64,000 nt of DNA, from NCBI GenBank assembly GCA_963748825.1, contig CAVVKN010000018.1, positions 1 through 64,000 of the forward strand, written 5' to 3'. This DNA comes from Methanotrichaceae archaeon (GTDB taxonomy: Archaea; Halobacteriota; Methanosarcinia; Methanotrichales; Methanotrichaceae). Below, in pieces: positions 20,704-31,423 of this stretch. Each line of letters starts with the position of its first letter. Positions within the stretch are counted from its first letter, which is position 1. Made by a program: the position numbers and the translations under genes. The notes beneath the pieces are model-generated. The model worked only from the letters and a program-made list of their open reading frames with translations. It was not told the origin of the DNA and did not search any database.

Positions 20704-21347
20704 ATGAAGGATTTCACTTTTATACCCAATACTCTCTTGTAGAGCTACTCGGGATAAATGTAAAGAATCCGCAGGAGCTATTGGATGGAATGAAAAACGT
20801 ACCGATTTCGTCCATTTACTATCATACGCATAAGTTCTTGCAGCAGCATCATTATCTTTCGCCTTTGCCGCCCAACGATTTTGCATCCTGGCTGAAGGAT
20901 ATTCTGCATATGGAGCGGCTGGGAGAGGCCTTTATGGGCGTGGATACCATCAGCTTCAAGAATCTGGAGGATCTGAGATCTGAGTTCATAAGAATACTGG
21001 AGGAGCATCTCTCCAGAGATGACGGCAGATACGAATGCCCTCGTGGCTATGAGTTTTATTTCATGGCCTGTCAGACTTTTGTCCTGCCCACGCCTTATGT
21101 CGCCCATAACCTAAAAGAGTTTGCCGAGATCCTCAACAAAATAAGCATTCAATCTCTATATTTTCACATCTTCGAGGCGAGAATGCGACTGGGTGTGGAG
21201 GAGAATGATTTTTCTGCCTGGTTTAAAGGACTGGGAGAGGAAGAGCTGGCGGCAGATGTCTCAAAACTGGACCCATACAATACTAACCTGGATAACATGA
21301 GAACGAAAATAATTAAGATGGTGATGAGCCGTGCCAAAGATCGATGA
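20700..21347 (+). CDS. DUF5752-type protein associated with trehalose genes
   Basis: Internal duplication SIYYH...NDFASW / SLYFH...NDFSAW; overlaps both neighbours. Confidence 0.75.
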   Translation: MNEGFHFYTQYSLVELLGINVKNPQELLDGMKNVPISSIYYHTHKFLQQHHYLSPLPPNDFASWLKDILHMERLGEAFMGVDTISFKNLEDLRSEFIRILEEHLSRDDGRYECPRGYEFYFMACQTFVLPTPYVAHNLKEFAEILNKISIQSLYFHIFEARMRLGVEENDFSAWFKGLGEEELAADVSKLDPYNTNLDNMRTKIIKMVMSRAKDR

Positions 21348-22554
21348 TTACAGGTCCATTGTGGCAGAGGACGAGATAAACGAGCTGTACTTGCTGGCAG
21401 AGAGGCTCAAGGGAAAGACGGTACAAAATATAAACTCGACCTCAGTGGGAGGAGGCGTTGCGGAAATACTATCGAGGATGGTTCCGCTTCTAAGAGAGCT
21501 GGGGGTAGATTACAAATGGGGCGTCATTAAAGGCGACGAGAAGTTTTTCAGCATTACTAAAAATATTCACAATGCCATGCATGGCGTAGATACTGAGATT
21601 GGAGACGAGGATTGGAAACACTTTTTGGAGGTTAACAGGCAGAATGCAGAGGAGGTCGATCTATCAGGAGATGTTGTGATCATTCACGATCCTCAGCCGA
21701 TTGCTCTCATAGAGAAGAAGAACGATTTCCCCCAAAAATGGGTCTGGAGGTGCCATATCGACATCACGGATCCCCAGATAGATGTCCTGAATTTCTTAAA
21801 ACCTTTCATTCAAAAGTACGATAGGGCAGTCTTCTCTGCGCCATCATTTGCAAAAAAGGATCTGAACATCAAAAAGATGCTCATTTCTCCTTCCATAGAT
21901 CCTTTGAGCGATAAGAATAAGGAACTACCACTGACCACTATCGACTCCGTTGTAGAACGCTACGGAATTGACAGGGATCGTCCGATTGTGACCCAGATCT
22001 CCCGTTTCGACAAGCTGAAGGATCCTAGCGGAGTGGTTGAGGTTTACAAGAAGGTTAAGAGACATTTTGATTGCCAGCTCGTCCTGGCCGGGGGTGGCGC
22101 TACTGACGATCCCGAAGGAATCATGGTCCTGGAGAAGATCAGAACCTCCGCTGAGAAAGATGAAGACATACATGTCATTTATCTTCCTCCTTCCAGCGAT
22201 ATAGAGATAAATGCCCTGCAGAGAGCCTCCACAGTTATCCTGCAAAAATCGCTTCGTGAGGGTTTTGGGCTGACGGTGACCGAGGCCCTCTGGAAAGCCA
22301 AGCCTGTCATAGCCTCAGCGGTAGGAGGAATTCCGCTTCAAATAACCCATAAACACTCCGGGCTGCTCACATATTCCATTGAAGGCACGGCTTATTACCT
22401 GAAGGAGCTTCTAAATGACCCTGAGTATGCCGGAAGGTTGGGCGTAAACGGCCAGGAAAACGTAAGGAACAACTTCCTGATAACAAGGCATATCAGGGAC
22501 AATCTGCTTCTCATCCTTTCGCTATATCATGAAGGAGACGTAGTTCATTTATGA
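21331..22554 (+). CDS. treT: Trehalose synthase (GT4 glycosyltransferase)
   Basis: NSTSVGGGVAEIL, HDPQP, WRCHID, QKSLREGFGLTVTEALWK. Confidence 0.9.
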   Translation: MPKIDDYRSIVAEDEINELYLLAERLKGKTVQNINSTSVGGGVAEILSRMVPLLRELGVDYKWGVIKGDEKFFSITKNIHNAMHGVDTEIGDEDWKHFLEVNRQNAEEVDLSGDVVIIHDPQPIALIEKKNDFPQKWVWRCHIDITDPQIDVLNFLKPFIQKYDRAVFSAPSFAKKDLNIKKMLISPSIDPLSDKNKELPLTTIDSVVERYGIDRDRPIVTQISRFDKLKDPSGVVEVYKKVKRHFDCQLVLAGGGATDDPEGIMVLEKIRTSAEKDEDIHVIYLPPSSDIEINALQRASTVILQKSLREGFGLTVTEALWKAKPVIASAVGGIPLQITHKHSGLLTYSIEGTAYYLKELLNDPEYAGRLGVNGQENVRNNFLITRHIRDNLLLILSLYHEGDVVHL

Positions 22555-23751
22555 AGAATAAATTCGGCACCCGATGCGTTCACGCTGGAGAAGGGCACAA
22601 TCCTTTCGGCGCTCACGCCACTCCCATTTACCAGACCTCTACATACGTCTTTGAAAGCGCCGAGCAGGCTGCTGCCGCCTTCTCCGGCGGTCCGGGCTAC
22701 AGGTACATCCGCTCCCCGCCCAACACCCCCACCCATGCCGCTTTTATCGAGAAGATCTGTTCTCTGGAGGGCGGACCTGCTGGTCTCGCCTTCTCCTCGG
22801 GCATGGCGGCGGAGACAGCGCTCGTGCTCTCCCTGCTGCAGAAGGGTGATCACCTGCTCACTGCAGATGTCATCTACGGAGGAACCTATGGGCTCTTCTC
22901 CTCTCTTCTCCCCAAATTCGGAATTGAGGTCAGCTTTGTGGACACGACCGACCTGGAGAAAGCAAAGGCAGGGCTGCAAAAGAACACCAAACTGGTCTTT
23001 TTGGAGTCGCCAGCCAATCCCACCATGGCAGTAAGTGACATTGGCGAAATTGGCAAGATAGCCCACGAGGCGGGGGCCCTGCTGGCAGTGGATAACACCT
23101 TTGCCACACCCTACTTCCAGAGGCCGCTGGCCCTCGGAGCGGACGTGGTCGTGGAGAGCTGCACCAAGTACATCGGCGGGCATGGCGATCTTCTGGGAGG
23201 CGTGGCCGTGGGCTCGGAGGAGCTGATCTCCGGCATGAAGCGCACTGCCCTTTTGGCCGGCGGCACCATGGGCACGCACGAAGCCTGGCTCTGCCTGAGG
23301 GGCTGCAAGACACTGCACCTTAGAATGGAAAGGCACGCCGAAAATGCCCTGCAGCTGGCGAAGTTTCTGGCAGTCGCACCCTGCCGTGGAAAAGGTCAAC
23401 TACCCTGGTCTTTCCAGCCATCCGCAGCATGCGCTGGCCAGCAGGCAGATGAGTGGCTGGGGAGGCATGCTCTCTTTTGAGGTGAAAGGAGGAGTGGATG
23501 CGGGTCGCAGGCTCATGAACCATCTAATGCTCGCCAGCCTGGCAGTCAGCCTGGGCTCGGTAGATACCCTGGTCGAGCATCCTGCTTCCATGACCCACGC
23601 CGTTATGCCCAGAGAGATGCGAGAGAAGATGGGAATAACCGATGGCCTGGTGAGGGTCTCGGTAGGAATAGAGGATGGAGAGGACATCCTGGCCGACTTT
23701 GAACAGGGGCTGGCCAAAATTCAGGGGCGTTTCACCGATTCCGGTGTGTAG
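22551..23751 (+). pseudogene. Methionine gamma-lyase / cystathionine gamma-synthase family, frameshifted near 23370
   Basis: PIYQTST, ESPANP, DNTFATP and TKYIGGHGD in one frame; HPAVEKVNYPGL...SLAVSLG...RVSVGIED continues in another. Confidence 0.85.
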
Positions 23752-24046
23752 AGTCCCTCCCCCAAATTATTTTGCACTTTGCCTAGGGTCGGATTATGAT
23801 AATAGATCTTGGTCCAATTGACGGCAGAGCTGAGGAACGAATTGAGTCTCAATAGTTTTTTCTTCGAGCTGCCAATAAAACACAGTTGCATCTCGCCTGT
23901 AAGCATGATGGATATCGATGAGATGATAAAGATCGTTAGCAAGGCAGGATACATGGTGGAAAGAGATTTGGAGGAGGGATGTGGGTGACCGCACTATCCT
24001 GTCTTATTGACGTTTTCAAGTGAAATAGCGAGGATCCATCACATCC

Positions 24047-24298
24047 TCACAATTCCGAAAGTTGGGAATTAATTTGCTTGAAATCATCTAGCAAATGTCT
24101 GCCTCTATCGGTTGTTTCGTATAATATGGTCTCTCCCTGCTTGACTTCTATTAGATTGTTCTTTATCAGCAGATCTATATAAGGATTTACGGTTCGGAAG
24201 TTAAGATTTGCTTGATACACAATTTTCGTCTTGCAGGCACCATTCTTGCATATATCCAATATCTGCGAAACAATCACATGTTTGCTTCTCTTCATCAC
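24047..24298 (-). CDS. Archaeal winged-helix protein (HTH_45-like)
   Basis: KRSK..IV..IL..C..GA.KTKIVYQANLNF...Y.TT.RG. Confidence 0.85.
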   Translation of the reverse strand: MMKRSKHVIVSQILDICKNGACKTKIVYQANLNFRTVNPYIDLLIKNNLIEVKQGETILYETTDRGRHLLDDFKQINSQLSEL

Positions 24299-24695
24299 CT
24301 TCTTTTCCCCCCATTGATATTAAGGTAGCTAGGTAAGCTCGATAGATACCTTCCCGATCTCAGCAATATTGCTAAGGTTAAGCTACCATTAAATACTTGA
24401 CTAATGTATGGTCAGTAACTATGTTATCATTATGAAAAATTACTAAATATATCTATAATTTAGAATGAAACTAGCATATGATATATTTTTAAAATTAACA
24501 ATTGGCTTCAAGCGATTAGTGCTTTGAAAATTCTTGATAACCGAAATAAAAATTACTAAAAATTTTTTAAAGTTATTAATTATGTTTTTAGATTATACGT
24601 ATATTATATTAACTAAAATAATTCTAATCTAATGCAGATAGTCGCGATGAGACTTAAGCTCAGAGTTCAGAATGATATTGTTGCATAACACTAAC

Positions 24696-25118
24696 TTATT
24701 CCGCTTGGCATGAGTCGGAAGTAGCGATAATTTCTTCCAAGTCACTTGACATAAAAGATGGGGCCGGCATTTGACATTTGATTGCCTCTCTTAACTTTTC
24801 GATCCCAATTGGCTTAGTTAGAAAATCGTCTGCACCAGCCTCAAGGCAAATTTCTCTATAATTATCCAAGGACGTTATAACTATTATCCTTGGGTCTTGA
24901 TGCCATCTCAGACGGATGATTTTTGTCGCCTCTAATCCATCCATTTCTGGCATTTGAATATCCATAAGCACGATATCGTAGGAATGATTTTCTAAGGCTT
25001 CAATCGCCTCGATACCATTTGTTGCAATATCTGCATGGTGACCAAGCTTCTTGAGCATGAGCAAAGCTACTTTTAGGTTAACGTCGCTATCGTCAACCAG
25101 CAGAATGCTTATTGACAT
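24696..25118 (-). CDS. Stand-alone response regulator receiver
   Basis: LLVDD, LMDIQMPEMDG, FLTKP. Confidence 0.92.
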   Translation of the reverse strand: MSISILLVDDSDVNLKVALLMLKKLGHHADIATNGIEAIEALENHSYDIVLMDIQMPEMDGLEATKIIRLRWHQDPRIIVITSLDNYREICLEAGADDFLTKPIGIEKLREAIKCQMPAPSFMSSDLEEIIATSDSCQAE

Positions 25119-25668
25119 TTTCCCTCCTTCTTACTACGCCATCCTATTAAATGGATAAATAGTATAAGAATCTTTTGTCTGTAATAATAGTATACTAATT
25201 CAACGATACACTTACCAAAATATATACCGTTTATTGTTATTGTTTTAACTTATTGGTTATAAAAAAACTAATTGAATTCTTAATTAGAATCATAATTTTT
25301 CTTATAGTTAATGAATAATTACTTCCCATTTCTTTATGCCCTGCAAAGGCTTTTTAGAGAAGCAGTTGCATGGCATTCATGAAATGCCAGGCAACTTTTC
25401 AGCATATTTAATCCATTGCCATGGCTCTCGAGTTAAGCAATATCGCGCGATAATCTCTACATCTTCACCGATTAGTCTTAAAAATTAATGTTTGGCTCCA
25501 TGTATCGATATACCTTTTATTTTGCCCATATTTATCTCGCCAAAGGTTACAGAAAATGGTGTGGATTATCGGGAAGATTCATATATTGAAACAGAATCAC
25601 CTTCAGCATAGAAGGCAGAGAACAATAGCAAAACGGCATCAGGAAAACCTCAAAAACAAGGTCATAGA

Positions 25669-25740
25669 GCGGCTGTGGTCCAGTGGTTATGACATAGGCT
25701 TCCCAAGCCTGTAACCCGGGTTCGAATCCCGGCAGCCGCA
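25669..25740 (+). tRNA. tRNA-Gly (anticodon CCC)
   Basis: Acceptor stem gcggctg/cagccgc, anticodon arm taggc-ttcccaa-gcctg, T-loop ggttcgaatcc; no encoded CCA. Confidence 0.95.
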
Positions 25741-25924
25741 AGTTTTCTTATCTGCAGATGCTGATTTAATTTTGGTTTTCGCTGTCGATTAGTTTTTCTA
25801 TTTTGTCATTGATTAACAAATATAATTTTTTAATCCATATCAAGCAATAGAATCAAACCTGTGATCTTGAAATTCGAAAATAGAACTACTCTAAGTGCAT
25901 ATACCATATCTATGGGCGGCGAAT

Positions 25925-26390
25925 GGGATCTATGCGGGTTTCTCTTTTCATGATGAATTAGCATTATTCAAGGAGATTGTAGACGCCTACGACTGGACAT
26001 TCTGCCAGATCCAGTACAATTTCATGGACGAGCAGAGTCAAGCAGGAACAGAGGGACTTCGGTATGCGGCGGACAGGGACTTAGGAATTGTGATCATGGA
26101 GCCTCTAAGAGGCGGTATGCTCACAAAGGATATTCCTTCTATCAAAGATATATGGAGAAAGGCTCCTGTGCAGAGAAGCCTTCCAGAATGGGCACTGCGA
26201 TGGGTTTGGAACCATCCCGAGGTAACGATAGTACTTTCGGGCATGTCTTCCATGCATTGTCATGGGAGGTATGTTGACAGGAAGCCCTGGATTTGCATCC
26301 CAGTGCAAAGAGTGCGGAGAATGCGAGGAGAAGTGCCCGCAGGGCATCCCCCTCCGAGAGCACCTAAAGAAGGTCGCTTCGTATTTCTGA
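25925..26390 (+). pseudogene. Aldo/keto reductase with C-terminal 4Fe-4S domain, fragment
   Basis: [27 protein letters not shown], then an internal deletion or frameshift to [19 protein letters not shown]; N-terminus missing. Confidence 0.8.
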
Positions 26391-26474
26391 AGATAAATAT
26401 TATTTTTACGATTATAGTTCAAAAAATGTGTGCGCCGCCGACGTTTCTCTTTTGTGCATTTCTTATCGTCCTGC

Positions 26475-27527
26475 TTATCGCATTGCCATTGCTACCAGAT
26501 CCACCAGATCGATTACCTTTTCGCCAGCCCCCGCATCTCTCAGATTTCTGATGCAAAGAGGACAGGAGGTGACGATGTAGTCCACGTCGTCCGGAACGTC
26601 CCCTAGTCTCTTTTTGGCCATCTGCAGAGATAGATCCTTATAGCCGGCCCGAACCCCGCCCCCGCCTCCGCAGCATCTGGCGGCTTTTCGGTTTGTTTCC
26701 ATCTCCTTGAGGCGGCAGATGGCCTCGATCACCCGGCGCGGCTGCTCATAGATCTGGTTGTGCCGGCCCAGATGGCAGGGATCATGATAGGTTACAGTAA
26801 GATCCAGTGGCTTTATATCTATTTTTGAGATTCTCTCCGCTAAGAACTCCGGAACGCTCAGCACGCGAAAATCCTGGGGGTAGCTCTTCTTAAGTGTAGT
26901 GTAACAGCCTGCACAGCCCGTAATTACAGTTCGCGCTCCAGTCTCCTTGATCTGTCTGCAATTCTCATCCACAAATCGCCGGGCATCAAATCCGGTGCGC
27001 AGCAATGGCGAGCCGCAGCACTGCTCCGCGGGGAGCATTGTTGCCCCAAAGCGATGCAGAAGAGCAAAAGTACTGGCCGCAGTCTCCGTATAGCGGTAAG
27101 AGTTCATGCAGCCTACAAAATAGACATAGTCTGCCTTTTTTGTGATGAGGCTTCTGTCTGTTAGCCAGGATAGCCTGTCTCTTGCATCGCCAAAAGTGTT
27201 GCCGCTCGCAAAGATATTTCGGCTGAGATCTGCTTGCGGGAGTGTCATCGCTCCATTGGAGACAAGCTGTCTTCTGGCGCTCTCGATCATCTCCGGAGGA
27301 TTCACTCCGGCCGGGCAGTTTTCCGTGCATATCCCGCAAGTGGTGCAGGTATTCAGGCTGTCTAGAACCTGCAAGTCAGGCGCAAGGCCGCAAGTGAGTC
27401 CCTTTAGGATCATAATGCGCCCGCGAGTATTGGCTGACTCCCAGCCGGACTCCTCGAAGACTGGACAGAAGGTGCGGCAGGTTCCGCATCGCACGCATTG
27501 ATTGATCGCCTTTAGATCGAGATTCAT
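26475..27527 (-). CDS. GlcF/HdrD-like Fe-S oxidoreductase subunit
   Basis: Two CxxCxxCxxxCP motifs and two CCG domains (YHDPCHLGR). Confidence 0.9.
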   Translation of the reverse strand: MNLDLKAINQCVRCGTCRTFCPVFEESGWESANTRGRIMILKGLTCGLAPDLQVLDSLNTCTTCGICTENCPAGVNPPEMIESARRQLVSNGAMTLPQADLSRNIFASGNTFGDARDRLSWLTDRSLITKKADYVYFVGCMNSYRYTETAASTFALLHRFGATMLPAEQCCGSPLLRTGFDARRFVDENCRQIKETGARTVITGCAGCYTTLKKSYPQDFRVLSVPEFLAERISKIDIKPLDLTVTYHDPCHLGRHNQIYEQPRRVIEAICRLKEMETNRKAARCCGGGGGVRAGYKDLSLQMAKKRLGDVPDDVDYIVTSCPLCIRNLRDAGAGEKVIDLVDLVAMAMR

Positions 27528-27573
27528 CTTTTTTCCCTATGAATTTAGATTTAGCTCTAATTCTAAATTTGAT

Positions 27574-28947
27574 TCAGAGCCCCATCTTTCCCGGATTCAA
27601 TATCCCCTTTGGGTCAAGGGCCTTTTTAATAGATTGCATTACAGAAAATGCTTCCATTCCCACTTGCTCCGGCAAATACTCCGCTCGAGCCAGGCCAATG
27701 CCGTGCTCGGAGCTGACCGTCCCGCCCAGCTCCATAGCCGCTCTATGGATTTTATCTGCAGCAAGCCGCAGCTTCTTCCATTGCTCTTTATTCATGACAT
27801 CGATGAAGAGGGCTACGTGCAGGTTCCCATCTCCAATATGGCCGTATTTCATGGCCGGGATATCAAGCTTGACTGCGATCTGCTGCACCTTTTTAATCAA
27901 TGCGGGAATCTCCTTGATGGGCACACCCACATCCTCGCCCATATAAATGCGAGTTTTCGTGGAATCAAGCCTGGATATGGCAGCTCCTACTAGCCTCCTG
28001 GCCGCCCAGATGCTGTCCATCTCCGGGCCGACAGCTAATCTCACACTTTTGGCCATAGGAAGGCAGATCTCACAGATTTGCCTGGAAGCCTCTTCAGTTG
28101 CGACTTCCGTTCCATCCACTTCGAATAAAATTACATCACCGTCCTCGGGTATGGCAAGCAGCGGATCGCAAAGCTTCAGGACCTGCAGAGTCGTTCTGTC
28201 CAGTATCTCGCAGGCAGATGGGGTGATGCCGCTCGAAAATACCCTTATTACCGCCTGGCCGGCGATCTCAGCCTCATCAAAGCATGCCAGGACAAGCTTT
28301 CTGGTCCTGGGCAAGGGGGCTATTTTCAGTACGGCGCGGGTGATGATCCCGAGCGTTCCTTCCGATCCCACAAAGAGACGGGTGAGATCGTATCCGGCAG
28401 ATGATTTGAGCACCTTTTTGCCAGTATGGATCACGCGGCCGTCTGCCAGCACCACCTCTAAGTCAAGGACATAATTTCTCACAGTCCCATATTTAACAGA
28501 GCGCATGCCGCTGCTGTTGTAGGAGATCATTCCGCCTATAGTGCACATGGCCAGGCTTCCCGGATCGGGCGGGAAAAAAAATCCGTAAGGCTTCAAGGCC
28601 GAATTGAGCTTCTCGGCTACCACGCCCGGCTCAACAATAACCTGCTGGTTTTCAATATCAATTTCCAATATCCTGTTCATTCCCGACATGTCCAGGACGA
28701 TGCCGCCTCTAACCGGAGAGCAGCCGCCGGCAAGCCCGGTGCCCGCTCCCCGTGCCGTGACGGGAATGAGTTGTTTGCTGCATAGTATTAGGATGCGAGA
28801 AACCTGGCTCGTGCTCTCCGGGCGCACGACAAAGTCGGGCAATCCAACGACCTGGGAAGCGTCACCTGCGTAGCAGCACCTTTCGCCAGGAGAATCAGAT
28901 ACCCTGTCTCCAACAATCTCCTTTAGTTCCTGCATAATATCCATCAT
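27574..28947 (-). CDS. GlcD-like FAD-linked oxidase (D-lactate/glycolate dehydrogenase)
   Basis: RGAGTGLAGG, PPDPGS, GSEGTLG, HIGDGNLH, SEHGIG, DPKGILNPGK. Confidence 0.92.
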   Translation of the reverse strand: MMDIMQELKEIVGDRVSDSPGERCCYAGDASQVVGLPDFVVRPESTSQVSRILILCSKQLIPVTARGAGTGLAGGCSPVRGGIVLDMSGMNRILEIDIENQQVIVEPGVVAEKLNSALKPYGFFFPPDPGSLAMCTIGGMISYNSSGMRSVKYGTVRNYVLDLEVVLADGRVIHTGKKVLKSSAGYDLTRLFVGSEGTLGIITRAVLKIAPLPRTRKLVLACFDEAEIAGQAVIRVFSSGITPSACEILDRTTLQVLKLCDPLLAIPEDGDVILFEVDGTEVATEEASRQICEICLPMAKSVRLAVGPEMDSIWAARRLVGAAISRLDSTKTRIYMGEDVGVPIKEIPALIKKVQQIAVKLDIPAMKYGHIGDGNLHVALFIDVMNKEQWKKLRLAADKIHRAAMELGGTVSSEHGIGLARAEYLPEQVGMEAFSVMQSIKKALDPKGILNPGKMGL

Positions 28948-29149
28948 AGTGATTGCGGCCTATATCTTTCATCTGAAATGCAGCAAATCAAATATAAAGA
29001 TTGTCTGCAAAAACATCGGAGAAATAAAAATTAAAATTAAAGGCAAGGACGGTGGAAGGACAGCGGGCTTCGCCCTTTTTTGCTGCCTGGCCTGGATTTC
29101 AGGCTGAAAAGTCTTCGGCTGCGTTTAAACTCTAACTTTTCGTCAAGAC

Positions 29150-30200
29150 ATAAATTCATAGAGAAATGACTATGTTAATAATAGCATCTTAATTTAATAA
29201 TATAAATAATTATCTTTTGTTTAGTTATGTAATAAATTTATTTAATTAATTATTATAATTTAAAATAATTTATAATTTTAATTAGGAATAAAAATCTTAT
29301 ATAATTTTAAAAATAATCAAATTGAGTGTAAAATATAATATTGACCTAAGAGTCTAAAAAAACATAATCAATTCAATGATACTATAATCATATACCTTAA
29401 TATAAAAAACAACATAGTAAATCAGATACATTTATCAAGATAAAACAATTATACGTATAAATTTTAATAGGCATTATAATATCAACCATGGATTTTGAAT
29501 TAAAAATGCAAATAATTTTATAAATACTATTTGGCCATGAAACTTCTATATGTATCATGGCAGATTGCTATTTATAAAATTAGCACACTTTTTATAGAAA
29601 ACATATGCTATTGCTATAGTTTATACGAATGAATAATTCTTAGAACCCCTTTCAATTGTTGAATTATGTTTTCATGTCGCAAAGCAGGAGGATGGGCGCG
29701 GAGTGGGGCATATTCGTATAGTGTTTGAAATAAGTGTTCTATCGAAACTGGCTTTTTCAAGATGATATGCAGTTTTGGGCATATAGTGTATAGGAACAAG
29801 ATTTTCTCTGCCTGATCTAGGGTCTGCTTCAAGCAGATTGGTGGGACTTCATGGCTCGATTAAATTTAGCATTTATTTTATTATTTGAAAATCAAAACGT
29901 ATATTTAATAAAAAATTTATAAAATAAATTAATATATATTTTTAATGGTAATTGTACTAGTTTAAGCTTAAAACTTTATTATTACATATATTAACCTACA
30001 TTTTTAATTTTTTAGTTATTTTATTATAACTAATTATTAAAATATATAAAATTTATAAAAAGTTTTAGCTTATTATTATATTTTATTATTTATATTAGTA
30101 ATTTGCAAATTTTTATTTTATCTTTAATTATTGATTCAATATATATTATATTTTTATTTGCCAAAATATTTTTGCTCCTATGAGGAAAAAGTGAGGTTTA
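29150..30200. other. Extremely AT-rich non-coding tract
   Basis: Long runs almost free of G/C at about 29150-29620 and 29860-30200. Confidence 0.8.
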
Positions 30201-30493
30201 AATAGTTTTCAATATTGGGCTGATGCACCGGAACATCTGGGACCTCCAGCTGGGGGAGGAGTGGCCCAGGGGATGAGCGCCATGAAATCTTGTGAGAATT
30301 GCCGTCAAGATTAGCTGTTATTCGTGGTGCATTTTTATATGGAGACTCTGGTTTGTATTTTTGCAGGCCATAAACGGTTTGAGGCTGCGGGCAAGTCTAA
30401 TGCAAAATCGCGTCCGAATCATCAAGCAAACTCATTCAGATCCTTCCACGAAACTCTTTATGCAGTACCTTAAATCCAGGTGGTATCCGCCCT

Positions 30494-30960
30494 CTAGCAC
30501 GGCAAATCTGCGCCCGCCACACATCTTTGCCCCTTCCGGATGGCTTTGCCGATCTTTCGGTAATCCTCCATCTTCAGCAGTTTGCCCCAGCCCTCCCGAT
30601 AGGTGTCAAAACCAGCCGAGACGCCCACAATATCGTAATCAAATCCCTGGAATGCCCCTTCCACCTGCTTGAGATCGCGGCCCTCATCCATGTTAAGATA
30701 CTCGAAGTTCTCATCTACCGACCAGGTATTGACAATCTTTACGTTGGAGTCATCCCGAAAGATGCTCACTGTGCCATCTCCATAGTGTAGGTCGATATCG
30801 ATGATCTGCGCCTTCTTCGCCCTGGGTCTGATCCTTGCACTGTGATGGCCATGTTATTGATGTAGCACATTTCCAAGGCCCTGTTGAGCGAGGCGCGATG
30901 GCCAGGGGACGCACGAGGGCGAAAGCGGCCAACTTCCAAGGCTAACTCCAATGATAGCGA
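30494..30960 (-). pseudogene. Histone deacetylase family remnant
   Basis: RASPGH, CYINN.AI, DIDLHYGDGT and VSAGFDTY motifs split across frames. Confidence 0.8.
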
Positions 30961-31423
30961 CCATCATCCATCCATAAAGTAAATAGATCGATTCCGTCAC
31001 TTATCTATTTTAGCTTCCGCACAATTATGAGCATGATAATTAAGAACTACAACTATGTAACCATTTGAAGGATCTCAAGTTCTCGAACAGATAAATACCA
31101 TCACGAATATAGAATCCGAAAGTTATTTCTGTATCTTCTGCACTATGAGGGCGAGCAATCGTGCTATGAAACCCCCTTTAATAGATGCATCTATACATAT
31201 TCATGTTAGGAGGTGTTTTGGATAATTTATGTGATGATGGTGAGATAATTGCTAGTGAAATCAAAGAGCATTACCATAAATTTGCCGAAAGAATAAATTG
31301 AGTTTAAAAAGCTATCGAGAGTCTGTTGGTTGAAATTAACCCGCTGAAATCGTCCGGGAATCTCTCTGATGGCCAGTTACTCGTTTCCGCATTTCTAAAC
31401 GTTATAATGGAAAGGAGAGGATA

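Noticed and set aside
25731-25740. tRNA-Gly 3' end (ggcagccgca) recurring in the GC-rich repeats as an att site
   Set aside because: Only a 10-bp GC-rich match, no integrase, and housekeeping genes lie between; likely chance
25547-25741. 64-aa ORF MRLPGFEPG...
   Set aside because: Antisense reading of the tRNA gene
29614-29832. 72-aa ORF in the AT-rich tract
   Set aside because: No motif, no ribosome-binding site, TTG start
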